This document shows, piece after piece, positions 13,980-27,705 of a stretch of 64,000 bases of DNA. The stretch comes from Haplodiscus bocki (Eukaryota), in the NCBI GenBank assembly GCA_965655095.1, contig OZ296648.1, positions 154,628,001 to 154,692,000 of the forward strand, read 5' to 3'. Every line of letters begins with the position of its first letter. Within the stretch, counting starts at the first letter, position 1. Made by a program: the position numbers and the translations under genes. Under the pieces are notes generated by a model, which was not told where the DNA came from, made no database searches, and saw only the letters and a program-made list of their open reading frames with translations.

Positions 13980-14722
13980 TTTCTACGGAAAACTAATGAT
14001 CAGCCGATAATAATACTTGATTATCTTTTTGCTGAAGGAAAATCAATTTGAGTTTTAACAGTTTCCAATAATACAATGTATGGAATTAACAATACTGGGT
14101 TTTATCATCAGTACTACAAAAAATAATAACAATTGTCTTTTTTGTACTTTCATTTCTCCTATTTATACCTTTTCCTGGCGGGAAACATAATTGTTTACAC
14201 GCCAAGTCAAGGTACAAAATAGGGGAAAATACTTTATACATTATCACATCAAAGTCAGGAATGCCGACTCTGGCGAGAAATAAACAACTTTTCCATCCAT
14301 CTCTTCCTTCATAGGACGCGCCTTTTCTATCTTTCGACAGAAAATGGACGGACCTAATCCGTCGGAGATGGACATCAAAGTGTTTATTCCCGCGCCGACA
14401 TGTTGTTTACAGTCCTGATATTACGAATTTCTTTAATGACGAAAGGAAAATAAAAAAACTAAATGGAAAAATGAAAAATTAGAATAAAATGCAAAATACA
14501 GGACTTTAGTTCAAAAATACATTTAATCATGATCTTCATGCTCTTTTCATCATCAGTTAACCTTTTTGACTTCTACTCTTTTAGAAAAGAGGAGAAACTA
14601 GTAGCACTATTAGTTCTAGTTTACTCCTCGTTCCGAAGAGTAGCTACTACTGGTATCCGGAACAGCTCCGTAGCCACTATTAGTATTAGTTGAATTTAAG
14701 TAAGCCGTGCTCAATTGAGGAG

Positions 14723-15145
14723 TGAATACGGAGTCACTCCGTATTCAGCAAAGCACTGCAGCACGGCATAGTTGGAATAGTTTTAGTGACGTCACCAGAC
14801 TAGTGACGACGGAACACGTACGGAACAAATATTCACTCCGAAAGTCAATTTTATTGCAAACAAGTCACGCTACTTCTAGCACTAAATTGAATAAAAGCAC
14901 CACTGTAAACTGCACTTCTTGCAATCAATCACCGTGTTTGTTCCGAAAGGTTGGATTTATATTTAATAACTAAATAAAGAGATTAATAGAAAAATGGCAC
15001 CTTTAAGGTTAAAAATGCTCTATGAATACTTGTTTGTTCCGTAACGGTTCCGTCCTAGTCTGGATCAGTTCAGTAAAGTGTTCCGTTTGAAATACGTACC
15101 ACTAAAATTATGTACTTGTTATGGATACGTATTCGATACGTATCC
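14723..15145. repeat. Cluster of hairpins and an inverted repeat
   Basis: tgaatacggagt-c-actccgtattca (14723-14747). Imperfect ~40-bp inverted repeat at 14795-14835 and 15023-15063. ggatacgtat-tcg-atacgtatcc (15123-15145). Confidence 0.65.
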
Positions 15146-17799
15146 GTATATATGTAATGATTAAAAATAGTCTAAGAGTAATTAGTTAAGAGTTTGATTA
15201 CTAGTTTTAGAGTTTGAGTTTCTCCTTGAGCATTAGGGTGCCTTTTTGGCTGGTAGGGGCTGGCCGCATGCCTCGCAGGTGTGCTGCGACAACTTCTTTT
15301 CCAAAAAATTGAAACATCTGATTCGCGATCCGACTATGCATAAAATTGAGCAAATGTGCACCTCATAATTCAAGCAATTACGCAATTTTGGTGCCAAACC
15401 ATTAAGTTTCCACATTTGAAAAATAATACTTCCACAAGTCAGTACTACCCCAGGGAATCTCCAGCCATATTTTAAAAAAGCGTTATCAAATTAACCGCTC
15501 ATCACGTGTGTCGCGATGAACAGCTCGACTGGAATGTTCCGTTGAAGTTTGAAGTGCAGTCGGGGATTTTATGATCTGACAACAAGCAACTTGGTAACAA
15601 CGCAGTGCTTGTAATAAAAAACCCGGAACAAACCAAGTCCGCATCAGCTGCATGGGTTAAAAAACTCATAGGACAGGAGGTTTCTGAAAAGTTTTGGAAG
15701 TTCAGGAAAAAGTTCTCAAAGTTTTACGATTTTTTGGTCAACATTTATTCAGTGCCAATTATTTTGCTGAGAGATTTTTGGAACTTTATACCTTTTTCAC
15801 AGATTCTGACGGAAAGGAAGAATGTGCATTGGAAACCAGCTTACGTACAGATTTTTTATTCTGTCGAAAACTTGCATTTTGCAACGTCATCAGAGAGTCT
15901 AGTCATCTAAATTAAACGGTCCACAAGGACCATTTTTGAAAAATCTTGGAAGCTACTTGTTTATTTTCGCGTTCTGAAAAGTGCAGAATTTTTGAAAATT
16001 TGTCTGAAAAATGAACAACAGCGTTCTAAAAGGTAATGTTTCACATAGTAATGTTATGAATATGAGAGTGAGAAGTGTATTAGGTGTATCCAAATAACGT
16101 TACATGTATAAACTTTGAGTTCTCAAATTTCAAACTGGTTAATATTGATAAACAAGAAATCGGAACTTCTCTTAAGTCGGTACATACCGCCTGCCAATAA
16201 ACAAGCTTGAAACATGACCTGATTCTCAAATTGCGAAAATTTGGGTTCATGCTATGAAAGTTGTTTACACTTGTTTGACAGAACTTCTGCAATTTTTTTT
16301 GACGTTGCAATTAAAAGTCACAAATTCTCATGATTGACAAGTCAGATAAGAAAATTTTTGACGTGGTTCTGAGGTCTTGTTGACTAATATCAGCTATTCC
16401 GAGAGTTATTATTTTTTTGCGTTGTTTACTGTGTAAATCGTTTGAACATTAGGCAACCAATTGGCGATTCTTGAAAGACTTGATTGACAGATCGAGTTTT
16501 AAACTATTAGACACCGTGACAGGTACTGGTCTCAATTGGACTTTTGGGAACAAACTTTTGATAGAGAGAAGGCGTTGTGTTTCTTAGAGTGTCAACTATG
16601 TATCCTATCAAAGTTCAAAAGTCTCAGCACCTGTAATCTGTCAACTTTATCTTTGACATCAACTGAAAAGTCAGAATGTGTTGCGAAGTTCCACTTCGCC
16701 TCTGTGTATAAAACTCAGACATTGGTTAAATCGTATTGCCTTTCAGAGTATTGACTTTCCAAAGCGATTACAAAGAAACTTCTCTGCCGTGTACTCCATC
16801 AGCACGCTTTTGGAGTATGCAAGAAAACAATACGAAACACTCGATTTTCGGGTTTGGCCTAACCTAGGATGATGTTCGAGATATTTCGAAAATGCATCGA
16901 TTCGAATGGAGCAGCGCGTGCGTCTTAACAAGTAAACAAAACTGAGTGGAAAGCGTCAATTAAAAAGCTGTCAGCATGTTTGCTAAAAAAGACTTTCCAT
17001 TCTTTCTCAAGGACAGGGCGAACGAATCACGTTCTGAACTGTGATTAAAGCTTACTGCTTCTCCCATTTTTGTTGATTTTTCGAAGATCAATCAAAAATC
17101 CCAGCTGTAAGAACAAACTTTTCGACATTATAGGATATCGTTAAGATTTTCCGCGTCAGCTAATACGAAGTTTGTATTTTTCAGCTAATTAATTTTGAAA
17201 GTATTTCCCATCAGATATTCAGAGCATTTTTGATTTAAAATATGTCGGCAAAATTTATCTAATGATTTTTGAAGGTATCATAAAACTCTTGACAGAAATC
17301 TTTAGCTCTTTCAAGTGACCTGCAAAAAAAAGAAGATTGCTTGGAAAGCAGGAAATTTTAAGTGTCACAGGGTGGCAGTTCTGCAGATGATCTGTAATAC
17401 AGTTGGCATTATTACTGTTGTTGAAAGTAAATGCTCTTTCTGAAGTTGATCTCATTCATTTTTGCTGAACGAGCCATGAAATTATTACATTTTTGTTTTT
17501 TTTTTCAAAAAATTGATAATGCGATAACATGGCGCTGCGATGTGAGCAAATAAGAAAAACAACGCGATTGCGGGCCTCCCTATAATTTGGCAAGACCAAA
17601 AAATGGAACCGAAAAGAAGATAGTAGAGCGGGCAAGATCTATTCACAGTAGCAATGACTGCAAATAGAAATAAATTGCGTAGACAAGAGAACAAGAACAG
17701 GAGGGGGACGAGTGGTGCTGTTGGGATCTTTAAACGTACTAGCCGCCGAAAAAAAAGCTTTAATTTTTTGAACTTCAGAGAAACTACTAGAGAAACATT

Positions 17800-18745
17800 G
17801 GTAGACGGAAAACCCAGTCTTCCAAATTCAGACCATTAAACTCAAGGAAATTTGAAGGTAGCATAAGAAGCATTCGAGAAGCCGAAACACAGAACCATGG
17901 AAGGATTCAATGTTTTCACAAAAGCAGAAGAAGAGAGAGTTAATAGAACAAACATTTTCGGAATTCGTAATGTGCTCAATTGACTAATAATAGCAAATTG
18001 TGAGTTCGGTTTTTTAGCAAAAAGCCATTCTTGCGAAATATTCAAACTTAAAATGCATAACTTGGTCGTACGAGGAAACTTATGCACGCTGCCGGAGGAA
18101 AACCCCAACCTTGTTTGCCGTACAATCTGCAATAGCCACTGATTAACCGAACAGAAAAAAAACATCAAAAATGAATTGATGGTTAAAACAGCGCCTTTAC
18201 TGATAGTGGAGAATTCATGCTTCTGATGTGGACCAAATTTCAACATGCCCCATCTCCAAAGATATGCATCAAAAATGAAAAATGCATCAAACTTAGAATC
18301 ATGGGATATTTTGGAAAGAGCTGCCGCACAAAAAAAAACAAACTGGAAAAAGTAAACGTCGTCCAAAAGAAGCCAAAGTATGAGTGGGACGATGAGACTT
18401 AGAAATACAATTGTTGTCAGTGGGAAACAAATGAGGCAGCAACGGCAGCAGTTTCGGAAAGAAAAGTCAATGGAAAGCCTGTCCATGCACTGGTGGACAC
18501 CGGATCACCGATGAAAATGTTGAAACAAAGATTATTTGCATTAACTTGTAGGAAAGCACTACTTAATTAAAAAAGATGGGTGAATAAGATTGGTATGTAG
18601 TTTCTAACAAAAAATTAAAATTCTCGGGTCGGACAATTGTGAATGTAAATGCAAGTGTAAAGTCAACAAGAGTCGCAGCCCCACTGCAATTTTTTTGTCA
18701 AGGAGGTGCAAGTAGTTATCGGTCGAGAACTTTAGGTAAAATTCA
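17800..18745 (+). mobile_element. Degenerate Ty3/Gypsy LTR retrotransposon gag-protease fragment
   Basis: Gag-like ANCEFG (~17995). Decayed double zinc knuckle CF*CG...H...KNEKCIKLRIMGYFGKSCRTKK (18218-18335). Aspartic protease KVNGKPVHALVDTGSP (DTG at 18496-18504) and VIGRE (~18715-18730, cf. LGRD). No RT follows. Confidence 0.8.
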
Positions 18746-19079
18746 ATCCCCTATTTCCTTGATTGATTCATTCTCTTGTATTTTTTTTACAATTAATTTA
18801 TGATGTAAATGTATTATACTGTTAAAGGCAGTGTTACATGAGAGAAGAGATTTTGAAAATAGGATTTTGAAGACCGACAAAACAACAAGCGTTGCACTTT
18901 TCGGCAATTTCGGCCTATCATGATGATTTTAGATTGTATAAAAAATGAGACATTTGAAACGAAACACTGCTCTTCACATACGAAGCTACCTTGACGTGAG
19001 CAGTGAAATCAATAGTACGGAAAAGAGAAAATAACTAGGCGCGAAGTTAAAAACTACTATATAATTTTTTTGCATTTTT

Positions 19080-19285
19080 TGACTATCAAGATTCCGACGT
19101 GAAGACTGATGTTTATCGTTTTCTATCAAGTAGTCCTCTTTAGTTAAAGAAGTGTTGCTTGAGCTCTTGATGGAAGAATTCAAGCTCGTAGTAAGGGAGA
19201 AAAATGATTTCGAATGCCTAGATGTAACTTTGAAAACATTTTTGGCATTTCCGGCCGGTCACGAATCTGAAGCAAAGAAAAAACA
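19080..19285. repeat. Orphan ~1.2 copies of the 178-bp satellite
   Basis: gactatcaagattc at 19081 and ttgatggaagaattcaagc at 19167, the latter identical to 9563. Confidence 0.55.
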
Positions 19286-19749
19286 TACGCACCTAGGGCT
19301 CGGTGCCAGGCTCGCAGTATGATTCTCTCGAAAAATAAGAATCCGTGCCATCAATTTTTGAACTAGATTTTGGTGGCTTATGGATAATTTAACTTAACGC
19401 TTTTGAAAAGTACTCAATTTGTATCGATTTCAAAGTTTCTTGGGAAAATCTATGGGCGAAAAAATGACTGACACAACAATTTAGCGTGCAATACGCAGAA
19501 AAATCTTTGTTTTTGCTAAGCAAAGTCGGTCTCAACCTTGGGGCTTGCAAGCGGGATTTAGGACGACAGGTTGGCAAAACTTTGTTTTGGGTAGAAAATC
19601 CCAATAAGGAAGTTTGTTTGGTTAAAATTTGTTTTGAAAAACATTGTAAAACAGAAACGATAGGTAGAAATCTGCAACCTCCGTGTAAGAACAATCAAGA
19701 TTTTCATTGTTTTCTGATATAACTGCCCGATGATAATGAAAAATGACAA

Positions 19750-21600
19750 TGACTTCCAAATTTGAAAACTAACTCGATTATCAAGTTGTGTTTCCGAAAA
19801 ACTGGCAAAACATGCCTGACCCCAACTTTGGGTTCATAGTAAAAAAAGTCTGTCCATAATATGGCAATGGCGATTCTGGGCGTTTTTCAGCCCAATCTTT
19901 TGAGACACAGTACCAAAACTGACGAAAACAAATCAAATTAGCAATTAACTTATTTTTCAGGTTTCTTTCATTAAAGAAACTTTCGAAAAGCTCTTTATTC
20001 CGTGACCGCAGCCAAACCTTAAAATTTAGTCTGCATACCTCGCATATTAGCCCAGATTTACAGAAAGATTCTTTTGAGACCTACTTTCAGTCTATGCGAC
20101 TTCAGAGTGACAAAAAAATGTCAAAAAACTCAACTTTCAATTAATTCCGGCGCGCGAAAACCTCTTGAGAAACATTAACACTGAAACCAATTGCTACCAA
20201 TTCACAAATGGATGTCATTTAGAAAAACTATACCAACTGCTAGTACATTGACGGCCTACGTGCCAATATTGGAGACTTCGGATTGAATTACTTTTTCGCA
20301 AGACCAAAATAAGCTCGACTTTCAAGACCCCTTCGTGCGAAGCCCATGGAAAATTGTTTTCTCAGCAATACATCTCAGCTAGTTTAATATTTGTTTACTT
20401 TTCTTGACGCCGAGACACGCAAGGGGTTTTTTGGAGTTGCTTCTTGCACAGGGGAATAAAAGTTTAGAGGAAAAGTTGAAAAAAGCTCGATTTTTAGGAT
20501 CTGCTCGCAAGACAACCTCTGGAAGAAATTGGTCACCTCACCTAAGAGAAACTATTCCATAGAATTGAGCTCTGCTATTATGGCTGTTGAACACTTTAAT
20601 AAATAACAAACTAGGTACAAAAATAAAAGACTTGAAAGTCCCACAAACTTCAGAAAAACCCAAAAAAATCTTGATTCTTAAGATTCTTTCGCAGAAAAGC
20701 CATATCAAAAAAACATCGTCGGATCGCAACTGAAACTGACAGTTCATAAAAAGTCCTATTGTAGAGGTTTAACAAAATTGAAGCAATTTGGAATCCTGCT
20801 TGCAGAAAAGGGCGACTGATTTCATGACAGTTGATGTCAAAGTAGTTGGAATTAGGTTAAGTTCTTTCTCTTAAAAAACAATAAAAATAATGTTGTGCTC
20901 GCAACTAAAACTCAGTGTGAGATAGAATGGAGTCTCGTCAGTAAGTTTTTGCAAAACTTGGAGCAACTTTTAGCAATTAAGTGAGCTATAAAAAGTCAAA
21001 TATTGTGTCCAAGTTGACAAAATTGGCTCGATTCAGAAGTTTTTTCACAGAGGAAAACCGGACCACTCCTGAAATTTAACGTCTGACGAAAAAAGTTTCC
21101 AGTTCAGCCCATGCAAAATCCCGGCAGTTTCAAGGGCATCATGTGGCATTAAACGAACCGTAATATGGCAACTTTGGTTGGACTGTCCAAAAATAGCTCG
21201 GTTTCCAAATGTCTACGGCAAACGAAACTTTGAAAAAAAACTGCAAAAAAATTGTAGTGTGCGATTGAAAAAATTCTTTACATTAAGCTCAATTAGGACG
21301 CACCCATTACAGAGCCCCATATGGTGAATGAAGTTGCTTATAAAAATAAAATTTGTGACCAATCCGACCGAATGGGCTCAATTTTCAAAAACTTTCCGCA
21401 GAGAACACATCAAAAGAGCATCAGAAAACAACAACAAAAACAACCCGAAATGAATGTGCTAAAGAAAAAAGTTCTTTCGATCAGTTTGAGAAAAATTCAA
21501 GCAATTTGGATCCGGCATGCGGAAATTGAAAACCTAGAATTTGACAACTTTGGTCGAATCGGCCCAAACTAGTTCGGCATTCAAGTTTCTATTTCAAAGA
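19750..21600. repeat. Possible very old tandem repeat (~90 or ~175-bp period)
   Basis: An aaaatagctcgattttcaag-like motif recurs near 19770, 20128, 20311, 20485, 21026, 21196 and 21375. The period was judged by eye only. Confidence 0.3.
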
Positions 21601-24554
21601 GGACTTCTGAAAAAGTAGAGCACTGCAACCAAAAACAACGGAGATTGAGAAAAAATTTTTCGATGGGGTTGTCAAAGCTGCATGCTACGTGCTACGTATG
21701 AAGAGGAACACATTAGGAGAAAAATAATTTTCCGGGAAAAGCAAAAAACTTGGATTTTTTTCGAAACTTGAGTGGAAAATATCCAGGTTTTGGACAGGAG
21801 TTTCTCGAGCAAAAAATCTCCAAACTAGAAATCATGTGTCCACGGGAAAAATTTGGCTCAAAAAGTTTTTTCAGAAGACGTCATTTTCTGGGACTATGAC
21901 TGGAAAATTTTCGAAGGTGCTGGGAAAACTTTTCAAGCTTGTCCAATCACCATTCTATGGGTCCATTGGAATATTTTGTATTAAAAAAGGACTTGTTCAC
22001 TCCTAATGGACAAGTTCCTGAGAAAAAAGTCAACCTACTGAGAGATTGATTTTGCTTTCGTAAAACATTCCGACGGAAGAAATTAAGAAAAACATGAGCA
22101 TCTGCTGTGAGTAGTGGAATGAGGATCTATTGAATGTGTGCCCAGGGATTGAAACTGAGCGCAGTACAACAAAAAGTTTGTTGGTAGGTAACTTTGAAAT
22201 TGGACGACTTTCCGAAATTATGGAAAAGAGGAGCTGAAACGAGTACAAATGGACATCAAGTCTAAGAAGTAAATAGGACGGTTTGTTTTCAAATCAGAAT
22301 AAAATGTGTTTTGGGTAGCAAAAGCATGTTTTATGAAACTAGGGTTTTCAAAGAAAGATGTCACTAGGGACGATTTCAAGGTGAACAGAGAAAAAAACAG
22401 ATAACTCGTTTAGCAAAAAAAGGTGCGAGTCAAGCGGAACAAGAGAAAAAACTATAACCAAAGCACTTAAATTGGAAAAAGTACAAAATGAGTCGGTCAA
22501 TGAAGTTCTCGTGATCAATGATTTTGAGGCAGTGGATCCTGGAACGCAAAAAGACTGTGCAGAAGTTCGGTCATCAGTGACTTTTGAACAGAAGTTGAAC
22601 GGAGCTGTCGAGTGCAAAGAGCCCCTGCAGTCATAGGAAAAGCCGTCTCTTGATGAAATACATAGCAGAACTTGGAGACAAACCTCAAAAACAGCAATTG
22701 AAAAAATATATAAGCTAGCAAATTGAAACTTCTTAACTCACTTTTTGAGTCAAGTTAAACATTTTGTTTCTGAACTTCTGTTTTAAAGCGCCTGATTTTG
22801 CCGCAATTGAAAACTAGTAAAATAAAAAGGTTTACCGAATTGGGGGAGTGCCACAGAAAGACTTGAAGAAGATTTTGTATCGTTTTTGTTGCTGCCACAC
22901 ACTCAGTACTATTCCTGAGGTTTTTCCAATTCAGCTTAGTCGAACAAGCGTTGAGATTATTACTTTCATCCAAATTAATTTAATAAAAAACCACCTAACG
23001 AAGAGACAAAAAGTCTTTGCACTCGAAAGCCCTTGTTGTTTTTTTTCCTATGTAATTACAAGTTTTGATAAATTGCACCTCAAGTTTTTCTACATGGAAT
23101 GTTTTTACCTGGATTTCTCGGCTACTTTTCCACTTTGTCATTTTGTGTGCGTTTGGACAAGCACTGGATGGCCACAATACAAGCAGTATTGTTTCAAAGA
23201 AACAACTCCGAGAAGGCCAAAAAAACTACCAGACAAGATATTTTGCGTGGAAAGTACATAACTGGGCTTTACTGCACTTCGGTCACTTCTGCATAATGCC
23301 AGTAACTGAATGGGATCTAGGTGGTCAGAATCCAACAAAAAGATTTCGAAAAAGGGCTTTCAGTGAAAGAAAGCCTGTAAAATTTCAAAAAAATCGAGAC
23401 TACAAGTCCTTAAATTTGGCGTGGAACGTATGTTGCTGAAATTCCAGCATCTCAATTTTCGGAGATTTTGAATGAGCGCCTGATGGCGGCAATCCAATTG
23501 GTGTTTTCTGAAAACTCAAATTGACAAAATACCTGGCCTCCATTTTCCTGTCAATGTTTTGGAAACAACACACTTTTGAACAGGTACATACCGGAAACAG
23601 CAAGTTTTGAATTATTATAGAAGAAATTAAACATAGGCCGGTTGACGATGCACATTCCTGTTTTCTTTCAGATTATGTGAAAAAACTGGAGTTTATGAAC
23701 TCGATTCTCAATGAAGAAAAAATAATTTGATCAATTTCAGCAAATTTTACATTGCGTCAAAGACCTAGATCTTTGAGAGTTACGTCACATTTCAAAATTT
23801 TCAAGAATGGAATTTGAGAGTCAACAATTTTCGGACGCGACGGAAGGTCATTGTGTTGAAAAAGTGAACATGAAAGTACTTTTTCAAAAGACATATCTGA
23901 GAATATTTGAAAGTATCAATTACCAGCTGGAATCAGAAAAGTGAATTACAAAAAGTGGGATCGGACCAGTTTTAAGTGACCGGGATTGAAAAAAACATAA
24001 AAAACTATTGGGCGAATTATTAAGCGTTAAAGATGCTTCAAGAAGCATTTTGACTTGCGCAAATAAATCTCTTTGAAAACTACAAACCAATTGAACGTCC
24101 AAAAATTTGAAACTTTGAAACATTGAATGATCTACTGGTAATTCTTTTATTTTATGGAAAAGTTGCTGTTTTTTGACATTTCAGGAATCAAAAATTTTTG
24201 GACGCAATGTCACCATCTTGAAAAAAGTCCTAGAATAAAATGCGAACAATTGTGACAGTCTGAGGAAACCCAATCTGAGTACTTGCTTATTTAAATCAAC
24301 GCTCCCACCAACACAAGTACTTGGAATCAAAGACAAAACAGTGACGCTCTCTCTAGCTTGGGGGACAAAGGAAAGTAAAAACAGATAAAGTAAACAACAA
24401 ACAGGAACCATTCAGGTTCACTCTAGGAATCAGCTTCGCCCAGTCGGTCAATCGCGGGTCACCTACAAAGAAATTGTAAAACCTATACGCTTTAAAATTG
24501 ATTTATTGCCGAAAAGTTTATTTAAAACATTGTGATTGTTTGGATTTGCAAATA

Positions 24555-25377
24555 GCTAAATTTATATTTTTTTCCGCCTGCTTTTTTGATAATTAAGAAA
24601 AATCATAATTTCTGCGCAGTGCGTTTCTTTTACGTTCCCTTGTCACCATGAACGGAAGACGATTATGAATTCGAAAAATTTTCTAACACAAAATAATAGA
24701 AGATTTGCCGTATAATGCAACTGATTTGGTAGGATTTCCAAATGGGTACGAAAACTGGGATTTTTCGAGAAAAAATTTGTTTTTGAACAAATGCGCTTTT
24801 CATTAAAATCGTGTTTTGCTCTCGTTACTTTCTGTTCCATATTGTAGGTATAGAAAATATTTCAATGGATAGTGCCGTCTTAAGTTTTCAGCATTATTTC
24901 AAATACACTGAAAATGACGTAAAAACGTGGGCGTGAGTTCCACCGTTCGGATTCAAAAGTCACACGCCATAGACGGATCCAATCCTAAACCTGCAGGTAC
25001 AAATGTTGAATCCGTATCAAACAATTGGGTCGGCTACCGCCAGCACATTTTCCGCTTTCCCCTTTTGGTAAAGATGCCTTTAAAGGAATCCAAGCGGTTT
25101 TTTTCAAAACACATTCTTTTGAGTGATGGCCAAAAAACCTCTTAGTTAACGTGAACATCTTCTGAAAAACAATATAATTTGATGTGTTTTCTACAGCAAA
25201 CTTGCTGCCGTCAGTGACTTTGAAGTAAGTCAATTCATTTTCGGAAAAAGCCGATCATTTTTTCAACAGAAAACTCCAATTTTGGAACGGTTGGAGAACT
25301 GTTACATTTTCAGCCGTATTCTACGCCAAATTTGCTATAATTAGTTTATGAGCGATTTTCAATTTCGGAATCGTCTT
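24555..25377. mobile_element. Foldback/MITE-like cassette in monomer 1 (right arm truncated at the monomer junction); representative of the internal monomers
   Basis: The left arm aagacgattatgaattc...tagaagatttgccgtataatgc...aaaactgggattttt is the inverted complement of the right arm aaaactccaattttgg...gtattctacgccaaatttgcta...tttcggaatcgtctt. Confidence 0.75.
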
Positions 25378-27616
25378 AAGAGAACGAGTTCACGGTAAAA
25401 AGAGAAAGGGACAGATATCTTGTTTACCAAGAAACGTGGTGCAGGTCAAGGGGAACAAGACAGAAATACTTTAGGCAACGCACTCAAATGGGGAAAAGTA
25501 CATAAAGAGTCGGTGAATGAAGTTCTCGAGCTCATTGATTTTGAGACAGTGGATCATAGAACCCGAAAAAATGTGCAGAAGTTCTCTCATCAGTGACTTT
25601 GAAGACATTGGACGAAGTTGTCGACCGCAAAGAGCCCCGGGATTTATGGGAAAAGCTGTCTTCCTAGAAAATCGAAAGCGAAAAACGGAGACAACTGTCG
25701 CAATTAGCATTTGAAAAAAACTGATTAGCTAACAACTTGAAACTTGTTAACACTTTTTTGAGTCAAGTTAACCTTTTTGTAAGTAATCTTCCGTTTTAAT
25801 GCGCCTGATTTTGAGGCAAAAAATTACTTCTAAAACAAGTATGTTTTACTGAATTCAGAGAGGGCCACAGATTGATTTGAAATAGATTTGGTATCGCTTA
25901 TGTTGCTGCCAAACACTCAGTACTACTAGTGAAGTTTTTCTGATTAGTTGTTGTCGAACGAGCATTGAGATTAACTTTCTTTCAAACAAATTGATTTAAA
26001 AAAATATCGCTTAACAAAGTGAAAAAAAACCTTTGCACTCGGAAATCCTTGTTGTTTTTTTCTTATAAAACTACAAAATTTGATGAAATATGGTTCAAGT
26101 TAACGTGCAAGGAACGTATTTAGCTGGGTTTCAGGGTTACTCCTCCCTTTTGCTTTTTGTGGGCTTTTGGACAAACACTGGATGGCCACAATACAAACAG
26201 TATTGCTTCAGAAGCACAACTCATTGAAGACAAAAAATATTGGTGTTTGAAATTACAAGACAAAATATTTTGCGTGGAAAGTACATAACGGGACTTTACT
26301 GTCTTTCTATTGATTTTGCAAATTGCGAGCAAGTGCATGGGATCTAGATGGTCAGAATCCAACGAATAATCTTCGAAGAAGTGCTTTCAGTGAAAAAAAT
26401 CAATCAAACTAATACAACTTTGAGACTGGAAATCCAATAACTTGGCTTGGAAGGTATGTGGTTAAAATCCAGCATCTCAATTTTTCAAGAATCGAATTTG
26501 AGAATCAACAATTTTCGAACGCATTAAGATTGCGTAATCTATTGACAAAACTGAGCATATTTGAGAGTATAAATTACCAGTTGGAGCTGAAAAAGTGATT
26601 TGCTGAGAGTGGGTTTGCACTAGTTTCGAGAGAGCGGGGGTAAAAAACAAATAGGAACCAATAGTGGGATTCATTAGGCGCTACGAATGGTTGAAAAACC
26701 AATTGGACTTTCGCAAAATTTTATTGCGTTGGAAACTACAGTACAATCAAACGTTCAAAAATTTGAAACTCCGAAGCAATCAATGGTCTTCTGGTAAACT
26801 TTTTTGTATTTTCAAAAAATTGCAGTTTTTGGACCCGTCCCGAAACAAAAAATTCCGGATGCAATGAGCGTCACCATCTTGGAAAAGGTCGAAGAATAAG
26901 ATGCGAAACATTGTGATAGTTGTGAGAAAACTGAACCTGAGTACTTGCATATTTGAGTCAAATGCTCCCACTACCACAAGTACTTGGAATCTAAGACTAA
27001 ACAGTGATGCTCTCTCTAGCTTGAAGACAAGGGGTAGCAAAAACAGATAAAATAATCGACAAGCAGGTACCATTCTGATTCCCTCAAGCAATCAACCTTG
27101 CCCCATCGGTCAATCAATGGCCCTTTGGGAAGAAAAAGTAAAATCTATATGCAATAAATTTGACTTAATGCAGAAAAGAAATCATCTGAAATATTGTGAT
27201 TGCTTCGATTGGATAAGAACAAAATTTAGAATTTTTTCCGCCTTTTTTTATGATAAGGAAGGAAAATCATCCTTTCAGCGCAGTCCATTGTTTTATATTC
27301 ACCTGCTAGCATGTCCAGAAACCAATTCTGAATTTGAAAAACTTTCTAACACAAAAGAATAGCAAATTTGCCGTAAACCGCAAGTGATTTAGGATTTCTC
27401 AACTGGGTACGAAAACTGGGATTTTTTGAGAACAAAGTTTTTTTTAATGAAATTCCAGTTTTCCTTAAAATTGTACCTTGCTCTCGTTACTTTCTGTCCC
27501 GTAGTGTAAGAAAAGAAAATGTTTCAATGCAAAGTGCCGTTTTAAGTTTTCAGCAAAAATTCAACTTCTCTGAAAATGACATAAGTTTGCGGGCGTGAAT
27601 TTTACCATCCGGAAGC

Positions 27617-27705
27617 AAAATTACACGCCATGGACGGATCGAACCCTAAACTTGCAGGTTAATGTGTTAAAGCCGTATCAAACAAGAGGGTCAGCTACCG
27701 CCGGC
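27617..27705 (-). ncRNA. tRNA-like putative Pol III cassette (monomer 2)
   Basis: Same cassette with intact GGTTCGATCC, TAGCTGA at the A-box position, a possible D-stem GCTG/CGGC, and T4 downstream. Confidence 0.4.

Noticed and set aside
17842-18486. 214-aa hydrophobic minus-strand ORF as a membrane protein
   Set aside because: It is the antisense shadow of the + strand Gypsy gag-protease remnant.
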